Shown: piece by piece, positions 12,709 to 25,921 of the stretch
How the letters are laid out: every line of letters begins with the position of its first letter
How positions within the stretch are numbered: position 1 is the first letter of the stretch
From: the human T2T-CHM13v2.0 reference genome, Homo sapiens
Direction: 5' to 3' (one strand)
Assembly (NCBI RefSeq): GCF_009914755.1
Contig: NC_060925.1
Length of the DNA: 64,000 nucleotides
The notes under the pieces: generated by a model
What the model was told of the DNA's origin: nothing
Database searches by the model: none
Seen by the model: only the letters and a program-made list of their open reading frames with translations
Translations under genes and position numbers: made by a program

Positions 12709-14436
12709 ATGGGAAACACTCAGGCATCAACAGGCTCACCCTTGAAATGCATCCTAAGCCGTTGGGACCAATTTGACCCGCAAACCCTGAAAAAGAGGCA
12801 GCTCATTTTTTTCTGCACTACGGCCTAGCCCCAATATTCTCTCTCTGATGGGAAAAACCACCACCTGAGGGAAGTATAAATTACAGTACTATCCTGCAGC
12901 TTGACCTTTTCTGTAAGAGAGAAGGCAAATGGAGTGAAATACATTATGTCCAAGCTTTCTTTTCATTGAAGAAGAATTCATAACTATGCAAAGCTTGCAA
13001 TTTACATTCCATAGGAGGATCTCTCAGCTTACCTCCATATCCTAGCCTTCCTATAGCTCCCCTTCCTATTAATGATAAGCCTGCACTAATGTCCCCCACC
13101 CAGAAGGAAACAAGCAAAGAAACCTCCAAGGGATGGCAAAAACCCCCAGGCTATTGGTTATGTCCCCTTCAAGCTGTTGGGGGATGGGGATTTGGCCCAA
13201 CCCAGGTACATGAACCCTTCTCCTTCTCTGATTTAAAGCAGATTAAAGTAGACCTGGGGAAGTTTTCAGATGATCCTGATAGGTAAATAGATGTCCCACA
13301 GGGTCTAGGACAAACCTTTGACCTCACTTGGAGAGATGTCATGCTATAGTTAGATCAAACCCTGGCCTTTAATGAAAAGAATGCAGCTTTAGCTGCAGCC
13401 CTAGAGTTTGGAGATACCTGGTATCTTAGTCAAGTAAATGATAGAATGACAGCTAAAGAATGGGACAAATTCCCTACCAGTCAGCAAGCCATCCCCAGTA
13501 TGGATCCCCACTGGGACCTTGACTCAGATCATGGGACTGGAGTCATAAACATCTGCTGACCTGTGTTCTAGAAGGACTAAGGAGAATTAGGAAAAAGCCC
13601 ATGAATTATTCAATGATGTCCACTATAACTCAAGGAAAGGAAGAAAATACTTCTGCCTTCCTCGAGTGGCTATGGGAGGCCTTAAGAAAATATACTCCCC
13701 CGTCACCTGACTCTCTCAAGGGTCAATTGATCCTAAAAGATAAGTTTATTACCCAATAAGCCGCAGATATCAGGAGAAAGCTCCAAAAGTGAGCCCTGGG
13801 CCCTGAACAAAATCTGGAGGCGTTATCAAACCTGGCAACCTCGGTGTTTTATAATAGGGACCAAAAGGAACAGGCCGAAAAGGAAAAGCAAGATCAGAGA
13901 AAGGCCACAGCCTTAGTCATGGCCCTCAGGCAAACAAACCTTGGTTGTTCAGAGAGGACAGAAAATGGAGCAGGCCAGTCATCCAGTAGGGCTTGTTATC
14001 GGCGTGGTTTGCAAGGACATTTTTTTTTTTTTTTTGAGACGGAGTCTCGCTGTCGCCCAGGTTGGAGTGCAGTGGCGCAATCTCGGCACTGCAGGCTCCA
14101 CCCCCCGGGGGTTCACGCCATTCTCCTGCCTCAGCCTCCTGAGTAGCTGGGACTACAGCCACGCGCCACCTCACCTGACTAATTTTTTGTATTTTTAGTA
14201 GAGACGGGGTTTCACCATGTTAGCCAGGATGGTCTTGATCTCCTGACCTCGTGATCCGCCCGCCTCGGCCTCCCGAAGTGCAAGGACATTTTAAAAAAGA
14301 TTGTCCAGTGAGAAACAAGCTGCCCCCTCACCCATGTCCACTATGCCAAGACAATCACTGGAAGGCACACTGCCCCAGAGGACAAAAGTTCTCTGGGCCA
14401 GAAGCCCCCAACCAGATGATCCAACAACAGACTGAG
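12709..14436 (+). pseudogene. gag: ERV9 gag, disrupted by stops, frameshifts and an AluY insertion
   Basis: MGNTQASTGSPLKCIL start (myristoylation-type MG), LKQIKVDLGKFSDDPD capsid, zinc knuckle CYxxGLQGHF|KKDC split by the Alu, second CPLCQDNHWKAHC motif. Confidence 0.9.
14024..14280 (-). mobile_element. AluY, ~30 nt 5'-truncated, nested in gag
   Basis: AluY-diagnostic gggttcacgccattctcc and gttagccaggatggtc, CpG-rich. TSD tgcaaggacatttt at 14010-14023 and 14279-14292. Confidence 0.93.
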
Positions 14437-16640
14437 GGTGCCCGGGGCAAGCGCCAGCTCATATCATCACCCTCACTGCACCCCGGGTACGTTTAACCAT
14501 TGAGGGCCAGGAAATTGACTTCCTCCTGGATACTGGCATAGCTTTCTCAGTGTTAATCTCCTGCCTCAGACAGCTGTCCTCAAGGTCCGTTACCACCTGA
14601 GGAATCCTGGGACAGCCTGTAACCAGGTATTTCTCCCACCTCCTCAGTTATAATTGGGAGACTTTGCTCTTTTCACATGCCTTTCTTGTTATGCCTGAAA
14701 GTCCCACACCCTTATTAGGGAGGGACATATTAGCCAAAGCTGGAGCTATTATCTACATGAATACGGGGAATAAGTTACCCATTTTTTGTCCCCTGCTTGA
14801 GGAGGGGATCAACCCTGAAGTCTGGGCATTGGAAAGACAATTTGAGGGGTAAAAAATGCCTGCCCAGTCCAAATCAGGCTAAAAGACCCCATCACTTTTC
14901 CTTATCAAAGGCAATATCCCTTAAGGCCTGAAGCTAGTAAAGGATTACAGGATATTGTCAGACATTTAAAAGCTCAGGGCTTAGTAACAAAATGCAGCAG
15001 CCCCTGCAACACCCCAATTCTAGGAGTACAGAAACCAAACGGTCAGTGGAGAGTAGTTCAAGATCTTAGACTCATCAATGAGGTAGTAATCCCTCTATAT
15101 CCAGTTGTACCCAACCCCTATACTCTGCTCTATCAAATACCAGAGGAAGCAGAATGGTTCACAGTTCTGGACCTCAAGCATCCCTTCTTCTGTATTCCCC
15201 TGTACTCTGACTCCCAGTTTCTCTTTGCTTTTGAGGATCCCACAGAACACACATCCCAACTTACATTGACGGTCTTGCCTCAAGGGCTTAGGGATAGCTG
15301 TCATCTGTTTGGTCAGGCACTGGCCCAAGATCTAGGCCACTTCTGAAGTCCAGGCACTCTAGTCCTTCAGTATGTGGATGATCTATTTTTGGCTACCTGT
15401 TCGGAAGCCTCATACCAGCAGGCTGCTCTAGATTTCTTGAACTTTCTAGCTAATCAAGGGTAGAAGGCATCTAAACCGAAGGCCCAACTCTGCCTACAAC
15501 AAATCAAATATCTAGGCCTAATCTTAGCCAGAGGAACCAGGGCCCTCAGCAAGGAACAAATATAGCCTATACTGGCTTATCCTCACCCAAAGACATTAAA
15601 AAAGTCGTGGGGGTTCCTTGGAATCACTGGCTTTGGCCAACTATGGATCCCTGGATACAGTGAGATAGCCAGGCCCCTGTGTACTCTTATCAAGGAGACC
15701 CAGAGAGCAAATACTCATCTAGTAGATTGGGAACCAGAGGCAGAAACAGCCTTCAGAACCTTAAAGCAGGCCCTAGTACAAACTCCAGCCTTAAGCCTTC
15801 CCACAGGACAAAACTTATCTTTATACATCACAGAGAGAGCAGGAATAGCTCTTGGCATCCTTAGACTCGTGGGACAACCCCACAACCAGTGGCATACCTA
15901 AGTAAGGAAATTAATATAGTAGCAAAAGGCTGGCCTCACTGTTTATGGGTAGTTGCAGCAGTGGCCGTCTTGGTATCAGAGGCTATCAAAATAATACAAG
16001 AAAAGGATCTCACTGTCTGGACTACTCATGATGTAAATGGCATACTAGGTGCCAAAGGAAGTTTATGGCTATCAAACAACCACCTGCTTAAATACCAGGC
16101 ACTACTCCTTGAGGGACTGGTGCTTCAAATACACATATGTGTGACCCTCAACCCTGCCACTTTTCTCTCAGAGGATGGGGAACCAATCGAGCATGACTGC
16201 CAATAAATTATAGTCCAGACTTATGCTGCTTGAGAGGATCTCTTAGAAGTCCCCTTAGCTAATCCTGACCTTAACCTACATACCGATGGAAATGCATCTG
16301 TGAAAAATGGGATATGAAGGGCAGGTTATGCCATAGTTAATGATGTAACAGTACTTGAAAGTAAGCCTCTTCCCCCAGGGACCGGCACCCAGTTAGCAGA
16401 ACCAGTGGCACTTATCTGAGCCTTAGAACTGGGAAAAGGAAAAAGAGTAAATGTGTATACAGATAGCAAGTATGCTTATCTAATCCTACATGCCCATGCT
16501 GCAATATGGAAAAAAAGGAAGTTCCTAACCTCTGGGGGAACCCCATTAAATACCACAAGGAAATCATGGAGTTATTGCATGCAGTGCAAAAACCCAAGGA
16601 GATGGCAGTCTTATACCACTGAAGCCATCAAAAAGGGGAA
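14437..16640 (+). pseudogene. pol: ERV9 pro-pol remnant (protease, RT, RNase H; integrase absent)
   Basis: FLLDTG protease (DTG at 14529-14537), LPQG (15275-15286), YVDD (15371-15382), RNase H YTDG and YTDSKY motifs. Many stops and frameshifts. Confidence 0.92.
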
Positions 16641-16830
16641 GGAGAGGGGAGAACAGCAGCATAAGTGGCTGGCAGAGGCAGGCAAAGACAGAAGAGAGGA
16701 AAGAGAAAGAGAGAGAGAGAGAGGAAGAGACAGAGACACAAAGAGGGAGTCAGAGAGAAAGAAAGAGAGAGACAGACAAAGAAGGAGTCAAAGAGAAAGA
16801 GAGAGATAGAGGTAGTAAAGAAAAAACAGT
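16630..16830. repeat. AG-rich low-complexity tract inside the ERV9 internal region
   Basis: (GA)/(GAGA) runs directly after RNase H. Confidence 0.85.
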
Positions 16831-17399
16831 GTACCCTATTCCTTTAAAAGCCAGGGTAAATTTGAAACCTATAATTGATAATTGAAGGTCTTCTCCATGA
16901 CCCTATAACACTCCAATACCACCTTGTTGTCAGTGTAAACAAGGGCGTAGCCCAAAAGCACTGAGGCCAATGACAACCCATACCCTTCCTATCAAAAATC
17001 CTTAACCCAGCAGGTTTCCTAACAGGGGATCTAAATTTTAATTAATTACCATACAAAGGTCCGACCAGACCTAGGATGAACCCCCTTCAGGACAGGATGA
17101 TAGATGGTTCCTCCCAGAAGATTAAGAGAAAAAGACACCACGGGTATTCAGTGATAAGGAAACTGTTGTAGAAGCAGAATTAGGATAATTGCCTAATAAC
17201 TTGCTCAAACGTGGAGTTGTTTGCATTCAGCCAAACCTTAAAGTACTTACAGTATCAGGAAGGAGCCACCTATACCAATTCTATGTTAATATGGACAGAA
17301 CGAGGTCTTATTAATAGCAAGGAATAATTGAAATTCCAAACTTACAAGGTTTTCAAGAAAAGTAAAGTTTGCTAAAAGTTAACAGTGTAATGTGTATTA

Positions 17400-18113
17400 T
17401 CCTAACTTCCAATCTTGTGGAAATCAGACTCTATCCGTGCCTCTTAAAGCTCAAGTCCGTCAGCGGAGGGCCATACAACTAATACCCCTACTTACAGGGT
17501 TAGGAACCGGAATAGCCAGTTTATCTACTTTATTATCCTACTACCACACATTCTCAAAAGATTTCTCAGTTTACAAGAAATAACAAAACCTATCCTTATT
17601 CTACAATCCCAAATAGACTCTTTGGCAGCAGTGACTCTCCAAAACCGCTGGGGCCTAGACCTCTTCACTGCTGAGAAAGGAGGACTCTGCCCCTTCTTAG
17701 GGGAAGAGTGTTGCTTTTAAACTAACAAGTCAGGGATAGTATGAGATGCTGCCTGGTGTTTACAGGAAAAGGCTTCTGAAATCAGAAAACGCCTTTCACA
17801 CTCTTATACCAACCTCTGGAGTTGTGCAACATGGCTTCTCCCCTTTCTAGGTCCTGTGACAGCCATCTTGCTATTACTCGCCTTTGGGCCCTGTATTTTT
17901 AACCTCCTTGTCAAGTTTGTTTCCTCCAGAATTGATGCCATCAAGCTACAGATGGTCTTACAAATGAAACCCCAAATGAGCTCAACTAACAACTTCTACC
18001 AAGGATCCCTGGACCAACCCACTGACCCTTTGGCTGGCCTAGAGAGTTCCCCTCTGGAGGACACTACCACTGCAGGACCCCTTCTTTGCCTCTATCCAGC
18101 AGGAAGTAGCTAG
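17400..18113 (+). pseudogene. env: ERV9 env TM remnant
   Basis: Furin site RQRR (17458-17469), fusion peptide [29 protein letters not shown] plus CX6CC (17637-17714), TM anchor AILLLLAFGPCIFN. Frameshifted with stops. Confidence 0.92.
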
Positions 18114-18169
18114 AGTGGTCATTGCCCAATCCCTAACAGCAGTTTGGGTGTCCTGTTTAGAGGGGGTAT

Positions 18170-18758
18170 TGGGAGGTGAAGCCAGCTGGACTTCCTGGGT
18201 TGAGTGAGGACTTGGAGAACTTTTCTGTAGCTAGCTAGAGGTTTGTAAAATGCACCAATCAATGCTCTGTAAAAACGCAACAATCAGTGCTCTGTAGCTA
18301 GCTAGAGGTTTGTAAAATGCATTAATCAGTGCTCTGTAAAAACTGGCACTCTATAGCTAGCTAGAGGTTTGTAAAATGGACCAATCAGCACCCTGTAAAA
18401 TGCACCAATCAGTGCTCTGTAAAAACGCACCTACTGGCACTCTGTAGCTAGCTAGAGGTTTGTAAAATGGACCAATCAGCACTCTGTAAAATGGACCAAT
18501 CAGCAGGACATGGGTGGAGACAAATAAGGGAATAAAAGCTGGCCACCCAAGCCAGCAGCAGCAGCAGCAACCTGCTGGGGTCCCTTTCCATGCTGTGGAA
18601 GCTTTGTTCTTTCACTCTTCACAATAAATATTGCTGCTGCTGACTCTATGGGTCTGCACCACCTTTAAGAGCTGTAACACTCACCTCAAAGGTCCATGGC
18701 TTCATTCCTGAAGTCAGCAAGACCACAAACCCACCAGAAGGAACAAACTCTGGACACA
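18170..18758 (+). promoter_or_regulatory. 3' LTR12 (complete)
   Basis: tgggaggtgaagccagc...ctctggacaca, CCAAT repeat array, follows the PPT. Confidence 0.95.
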
Positions 18759-18802
18759 CTATCAAGTTTGATATAAAGTGTATTCACATTATCTTTGAGG
18801 TT

Positions 18803-19560
<758 letters not shown>

Positions 19561-19897
19561 TAAGTTGTGTTTCATAGCATGTACACTATTTCCACCTGAA
19601 TTGTAGGTTTAAGGGCGAGGGAGTGACTTGATGAACACTTTTGTAGATTACAAGGTTACTAAAGAACCCATCTACTTCTTGATACACATGCTGTTTAAAA
19701 CCCAATCTTAGTCCCCAAATAGAATTTGCTTTCTTTCTTAATTTCCCTCAGAACTACTCATGAAAGGGAGTTGTAAAGTCAATGCAATTGAGCATACAAC
19801 AACAATGAAAAAATACAAAAGCCAGATGACAACTACAGCGTTCAGTGACATCCTTTTATCCCTGACTGCAAGCCAGGGAGGAGGGAGAGGAGAAGTC

Positions 19898-20520
19898 TGT
19901 GACGGTTAATACTAAGTGTCAACTTGATTGGATTGAAGGATACAAAGTATTGATCCCAGGTGTGTCTGTGAGGGTGTTGCCAAAGGAGATTAACATTTGA
20001 CTCAGTGGGCTGGGGAAGGCAGACCCACTCTTAATCTGGGTGGACACAATCTAATCAGCTGCCAGTGAGGCTAGAATATAAGCAGGCAGAAAAATGTTAA
20101 AAGAGAGACTGGCTTAGCCTCCCAGCCTACATCTTTCTTCCATGCTGGATGCTTCCTGCTCTCAAATATCAGACTCTAAGTTCTTCAGTTTTGGAGTTCA
20201 GACTGGCTCTCCTTGCTCCTCAGCTTGCAGATGGCCTATTGTGGGACCTTGTGATCATGTGAATTAATATTTAATAAACCTCTCTCTCTATATATATATA
20301 TATAATATATACTCATATATATATTTCATTAGTTCTGTCCTTCTAGAGAATATATATATATGTGTGTAAATATATGCGTATATATGTGTGTGTATGTGTA
20401 TATATATATATACAAGGAATATATATATATATACAAGGAATATATATATATATACACAAGGAATATATATATATATATATATATTCCATTGGTTCTGTCC
20501 CTCTAGAGAACCCTAATACA
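19898..20520 (+). mobile_element. MLT2A (HERV-L) solo LTR with expanded (TA)n region
   Basis: tgtgacggttaatact...gtcaacttgattggattgaagga...ctctagagaaccctaataca. Perfect 5-bp TSD aagtc (19893-19897, 20521-20525). Confidence 0.93.
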
Positions 20521-20974
20521 AAGTCTATGACAGAAGAAGGTGAAGATGCAGAGCCCGATCCCTCCCAGTTCACCTTTCTACAGTTCACCAGCCTGAAGCC
20601 ACCAGGAATTCGCAGAGGAAAAAGTGATTTAAATTGGTTGAGAGACTGGACCTTCAGCACTGCTCTTTCTAAACATCTGAAAGTCTGTGTATGTCTATGC
20701 AATTTGCCCAGGATTCCACCTTGGAAGGGGAAGAAAACTTTGACAGAAGTTATTGAAAGAGGCAATGGTGAGAATGAATAAGGCTTGTTTATGATTACAT
20801 GTACAGAGTTTAACCCATTCCAAAAAATAGTTATACTCGTGTATCTCATTTCATTTCTACAACTCTGAGTTTTAAAAGGTAAAAATCTAGCAAAGTTAAA
20901 GAGCTCACTTAAAGTCATGCAAGAAAGAAAAAAATAGTAGGAGCTACCATAAGCTTCCTTAAGCTATTCTGTTC

Positions 20975-21165
20975 ATTGTTAAGCAGGGTGCTCATGCATT
21001 ATGTACATTATCTCATTTAATCCTCACTTGACCCTACTAGGTAGGCAGTTTATCTCCAGTCTTCAGATGAAGAAACAGCCTTAAAGAAATTAAGCAACTA
21101 CTGACTGTAAAAGAGCAGGGATTTAACCCTACATCTATCGAGTTCCAAAGAATAGGTACTTTCTG
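20975..21165 (-). mobile_element. MIR fragment
   Basis: attatctcatttaatcctcac...aggtagg...cagatgaagaaac core. Confidence 0.7.
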
Positions 21166-21719
21166 CTTTGAAGTTTGTAAAAATTACAAGCCAACTTTGA
21201 ACTTTCAGTAGAGCATGGACATCATTTGTCAATGGATGAACTTGATTAGATTCAGAATAGGAGGAAATGATGAGGACTTAGGAAAGACTGTGTTGGGGAA
21301 GAATTTATGTTGTGACTCTACCAAATTAAGGCAATGCTGACTTTTACCTGGTTTCATTTGAAAAGGAAAACAACCAATTTACTTCACAAAGGAAAATCAA
21401 TGTAAAATCTTCTCATCGATACCTGTGATACTCTGACAGAGGTTTTAATACTACTGCAACACACTCCCACATTTGACTTAAAATGTAAGTGAGAGCATTA
21501 ATGTCCAGCTTCAGAAAATTGGTGGGAATTGGGTGATCATTTCTAGATAAATACTTCCCTTAGATATAGATCAATGCATTGATGCAAATGAGGAGGATTC
21601 TGTGTGCACCTTCCAAGGATCTGGATCCTTGTTGGTGTAGGGGTATAACTTGTTGGGCAGGGTGTAACAAATTCGTTTCATTGGAGGCTCAGTCAATGTT
21701 GACCTCCTCTTCTCTGCAT

Positions 21720-22397
21720 CTGTACTATTAAAAAAAAAGAAAACAAAGAAAGTGACTTAATACAGAAAATTGTTTACACAGGTAGTAAAAAGTCAAAAGA
21801 GCATAAAAGAGACATTGAGGCTACCCAGAGATGAATAACTTAAGAAAGAAGATACCACTCCTAAGACTGGGAAAAACCTGAGGGAAGAATGGGATTACCA
21901 GAACATAGGAGCTTAGAGGATGGATCTGGAGGGCTTGTGCTTGGACCTATGGAGAGACACTCTGTGGAGCGGGTATCATGTATTCGACATTCAGATCTCT
22001 GAGGAGGGTGAAACCACAACTGTAACTCCAACTGCGAAGGCCAAGCTACTGCTAGTCCCCTGAGGGGTTTCCTTCTAGCTGGCAGCAGGAGACCTGAAAT
22101 AGTCTGGAGACTGCAGCTGGAGGTGGCTGCTCTGAATGCTGTCTATGCTATTTCCATATTGGCCCCGCCATTTTTATGAGGGACACTGTCAGAAGCTAAA
22201 ATGCAGGGAGGGAGTCGCTTGTTCCTTTCCTCTGACTTCCAGTCGCCCTCTGGCTTTCATGGGCAAAAAATGAAAGGTAAACAAGTTGACAAAGATGTCT
22301 CGGAAATTACAGTTTCCAGCAATTCTCAACTCTGCCCAGAGTGCAGAGGGTGCATCCAGAGCCAAAATCCAATAATGGGTTCGAGATATTAGTCACA
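21720..22397. mobile_element. Ancient LTR-like element (ERVL/MaLR type, family uncertain)
   Basis: TG...CA bounded, GC-elevated segment with old MLT-like motifs (gaggctacccagagat, accactcctaag). Weak recognition. Confidence 0.35.
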
Positions 22398-22741
22398 GCA
22401 GGGAGAGTAAAATAGAGAAAATTCAGAGGATCTAAGGGTCAAATTTAAAAAGGACAGAGGATATTTGTACATTTCAACATCATAATTAACAACCACACAA
22501 AATTCTGTATAATCAAGCCCTCCCAAGATTATTGCCCAATCACACCAGAACAGTTTCCTCATTTTGTTAATAAAGACAATAACATTCCTTTACCAGCGTT
22601 CTACTCTTAGGACGCAGGTTAAGTTGAACTTCACAAACAACAGGCAAGTTTAGAATAAATTGCAAAGAATAAGCCTTACAGGTAATGATGCACATTTTTT
22701 GTTGTAATAAGAAAAAGGCATAACATGGGACCCTCTGACCA

Positions 22742-23047
22742 TTTATTTTATTTATTTATTTTTTTTGAGACAGAGTCTTGCTCTGTTGCCCAGGCTGGAG
22801 TACAGTGGTGCGATCTTGGCTCACTACATCCTCTACCTCCTGGGTTCAAATAATTCTCATGTCTCAGCCTCCCATGTAGCTGGGACTACAGGTGTGTATC
22901 ATCCCACCCAGCTAATTTTTTCTATTTTTAGTAGAGATGGGGTTTCAGTGTTGGCCAGGCAGGTCTCGAACTCCTGGCCTCAAGTGATCTGCCTAACTCG
23001 GCCTCCCAAAGTGCTAGGATTACAGGCATGAGTCACCATGCCTGGAC
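22742..23047 (-). mobile_element. Alu (AluS/J-like)
   Basis: Reverse dimer with (TTTA) tail. TSD-like ctctgacca/ctctgatca. Confidence 0.95.
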
Positions 23048-25921
23048 TCTCTGATCAAATTTTTAAGTGTACAGTACATTATTGCTAGCAGTATGAACAA
23101 TGTTGTACAAAAGATCCCTTCTAGAACTGTTTCATCTTGCATAACTGAAACTTGAAATGCATTAAACAGCAAGTCCCCATTTCCTCCTCCCCTCAGCCCC
23201 TGGAAACCACCCTTCTACTTTCTGCTTCTATGACATTGACTGCTTTAGACATACACATATAAACACAAATAAATGAAATCGTGCAGTATCTGTCCTTTTG
23301 TGATTGGATTTTTCCATTTAGCACAATGTCCTCATGGTTCATCTCTTATCACATATAACAGGATTTCCTTTATTTTGAAGGCTCCATAATTTTATGTGTA
23401 TACCAAATTTTCTCTATTCATTCATACACTGATGGACATTTACATTGCTTCCGCATCATATATATGTGTGTGTGTATTTTATATATATATGCTTGGGTTT
23501 ATTTCTGGGCTCTCTGTTCCATTGTCTATATGTCTGTCTTTAAGTTAGTACCATAATGTTTTGATTACTGTAGCTTAGTGATATGTTTTAAAACCAGGCA
23601 GTGTGAGGCCTCCAGTTTTGTCCTTCTTTTCAAGATTGCTTTGGCTATTTGAGCCGTTTTTGGGTCCATGCAAATTTTAGATTTGTTTTTTCTATTTCTG
23701 TAAAAATTGCTATTGGGATTTTTTTATTGATAGGGATTGCATTTTAATACTCCGAAGTTTTCCAATCAACGAATACAAATATCTTTCCATGTATTTGTGT
23801 CTTTAATTTTTTGGATAAAGGTTTTGTAATTTTCAGTGTATAAGACTTTTACCTCCTTAGTTAAGTTTATTCCTAAGTATTTTATAATTTTGATGTTACT
23901 GTAAATGGAATTGTTTTCTTAAATTCATTTTCAAATTGTTCATTTTTTATAGAAATACAATTGAATTTGCATATTAATTTTTTATCCTGCAACTTTACTG
24001 AATTTATTAATTCTTGCAGTATTTTTGTGAAGTCTTTAAGGTTTTGTACATGTAAGATCATGTCATCTATGAACAGAGATAATTTTACTCTTTCTGATTT
24101 GGATATCTTTTACTTCTTTTACTTTCTTGATTGATCTGGCTAGGACTTCCAGTATTACATTAAATAGAAATGACAAATGTGGACCTTCTTGTCTTGTTCC
24201 TGATCTTAGAAGAAAAACTTTTAGTTTTCTACCATTGAGTATGGTTTTAGCTGTGGGCTTTTTATATGTGACCTTTATTATGTTGAGGTTTTCATCCTAT
24301 TCCTAGTTTGCTGAAAGTTTTCCATTATAAAAGGCTGTTAAATTTTGTCACATGCTTTTTCTGCACCTATTGAAATTATCATGTGATTTATTTTCCTTTA
24401 ATCTGTTAACGTGATGTATCATATTAACTGATTTTCTTACCGTGAAACATCCTTGCATTCCAGGGATAAATTCCACTTTGTCACGGTGTATGATCATTTT
24501 AATGTGCTGTTGAATTAGGTTTGGCAGTATTTTATTAAGGACTTTGAATTGTATCCATCAGAGATATTAACTTGTAATTTTCTTTTTATGAAGTGTCTTT
24601 TTGTGGCTTTGGTATCAGGGTTATGCTGGACTCATAAAATGAGTTTGTAAATGTTCTTTTCTCTTAAGATTTTTGGAAGAGTTTGCAAAGATTTGATGTT
24701 AACTCCTTTTTAAGTATCTGGTAGAATTCACCAGTGAAGCCATCTGGTCCTGATTTTTCTTAGTTGGGCAGCTTTGACTATGGATTCAACCTCCTTTCTA
24801 GTTATACTGCTCAGATTCACTATTTTTTCATGATTCAGTCTTGGTAGGTTGCATGTTTCTAGGAATTTATTTCTTCTATATTATCCAATTTATTGGTGTA
24901 TAATTGTTCAGAATACCCTCTAATAATCAATTTTATTTCTCCCTTTCATTTCCAACTTATTTGACTCTTCTTTATTTCCTAGCATAGCTAAAGGTTTATC
25001 AATTTATTGATTTTTAAAATAACTTACTTCATTGAGTTTTTTTCTATTCTTATTCTATTCTCTATTTTGGCTATTTCTGCTGTAATTTTTATTACTTCCT
25101 TCTTTCTGATAACTAAGGGTGTAGCTTGTTCTTTTTCTAGTTTATTGGGGCATAAAGTTAGGTTGTTTACTTTGAATCTGTAATTTTAATGTAGATGTTA
25201 ACTGCTGTAAGCTACCCTCTTAGTATTGCTTTTGCTGTACTTGCTGTTATGTTGTGTTTTCTTTTTCATTTGTCTCAAGATATCTTCTAAATTTTCTGTT
25301 TTCTTCCGTGATGCATTCTTTCTTCAAGATTGTGTTGTTTAACTCCCATGTATTTGTGAATTTTCCAGTATTCCTTCTGCTATTAAATTCAAATTTCATT
25401 CCATTGTGGTCAGAAAAGGTTCATGGTATGATTTCAAATGTCTTAAATTTGATAAGACTTGTGACCTAACATGATATTTCCTGGAGAGTGTTACATGCGT
25501 GCTTGAGAAGAATATGCATTCTGCTACTCTTGGGTAGAATATTCTGTAGATGTCTGTTAGGTCTATTTGTTTTTTAGTATTTTTCAAGCCCTCTGTTTCT
25601 TTATTGACCTTAATTCTGTATGTCAATCCATTATAGAAAATGGGTTATTAAAATATCCTACTATTATTGTGTTGTCATCTATTTTTTCTCTTCAGTTCTA
25701 TCAGTGTTTGCTTCTTATATTTAGCTGTTCTGATGTTGGCTGCATATATATTCATAACTATATATTCCTGTTGAATTGACTCTTTCATCATTATGTAATG
25801 TCCTTCTTTGTCTCTTATTAGAGCTCTTCAGTTAACATTTATTTTTTCTGATATAAATATGGATACCCCTACTGTCTTTGGTTACCATTTATGTGGAATA
25901 TCTTTGCCATCCTTCAACTTT

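Larger units (their letters stand above)
11824..18758 (+). mobile_element. HERV9 (ERV9/LTR12) provirus, defective
   Basis: Two LTR12-type LTRs with TG...CA termini, 4-bp TSD ttat/ctat (1 mismatch), PPT agaggggg at 18159-18166, and gag, pro, RT, RNaseH and env-TM remnants. Confidence 0.95.

Noticed and set aside
16453-16847. R/E-rich 118-aa ORF
   Set aside because: RNase H fragment frameshifting into the AG-rich tract, not a distinct gene.
17392-18113. Possible domesticated syncytin-like env
   Set aside because: SU is absent, TM is frameshifted, and there is a stop right after CX6CC.
20343-20918. Longest ORF (191 aa) and the overlapping 139-aa ORF
   Set aside because: They run through (TA)n repeats (YIYIYI) of the MLT2A LTR and are low-complexity artefacts.
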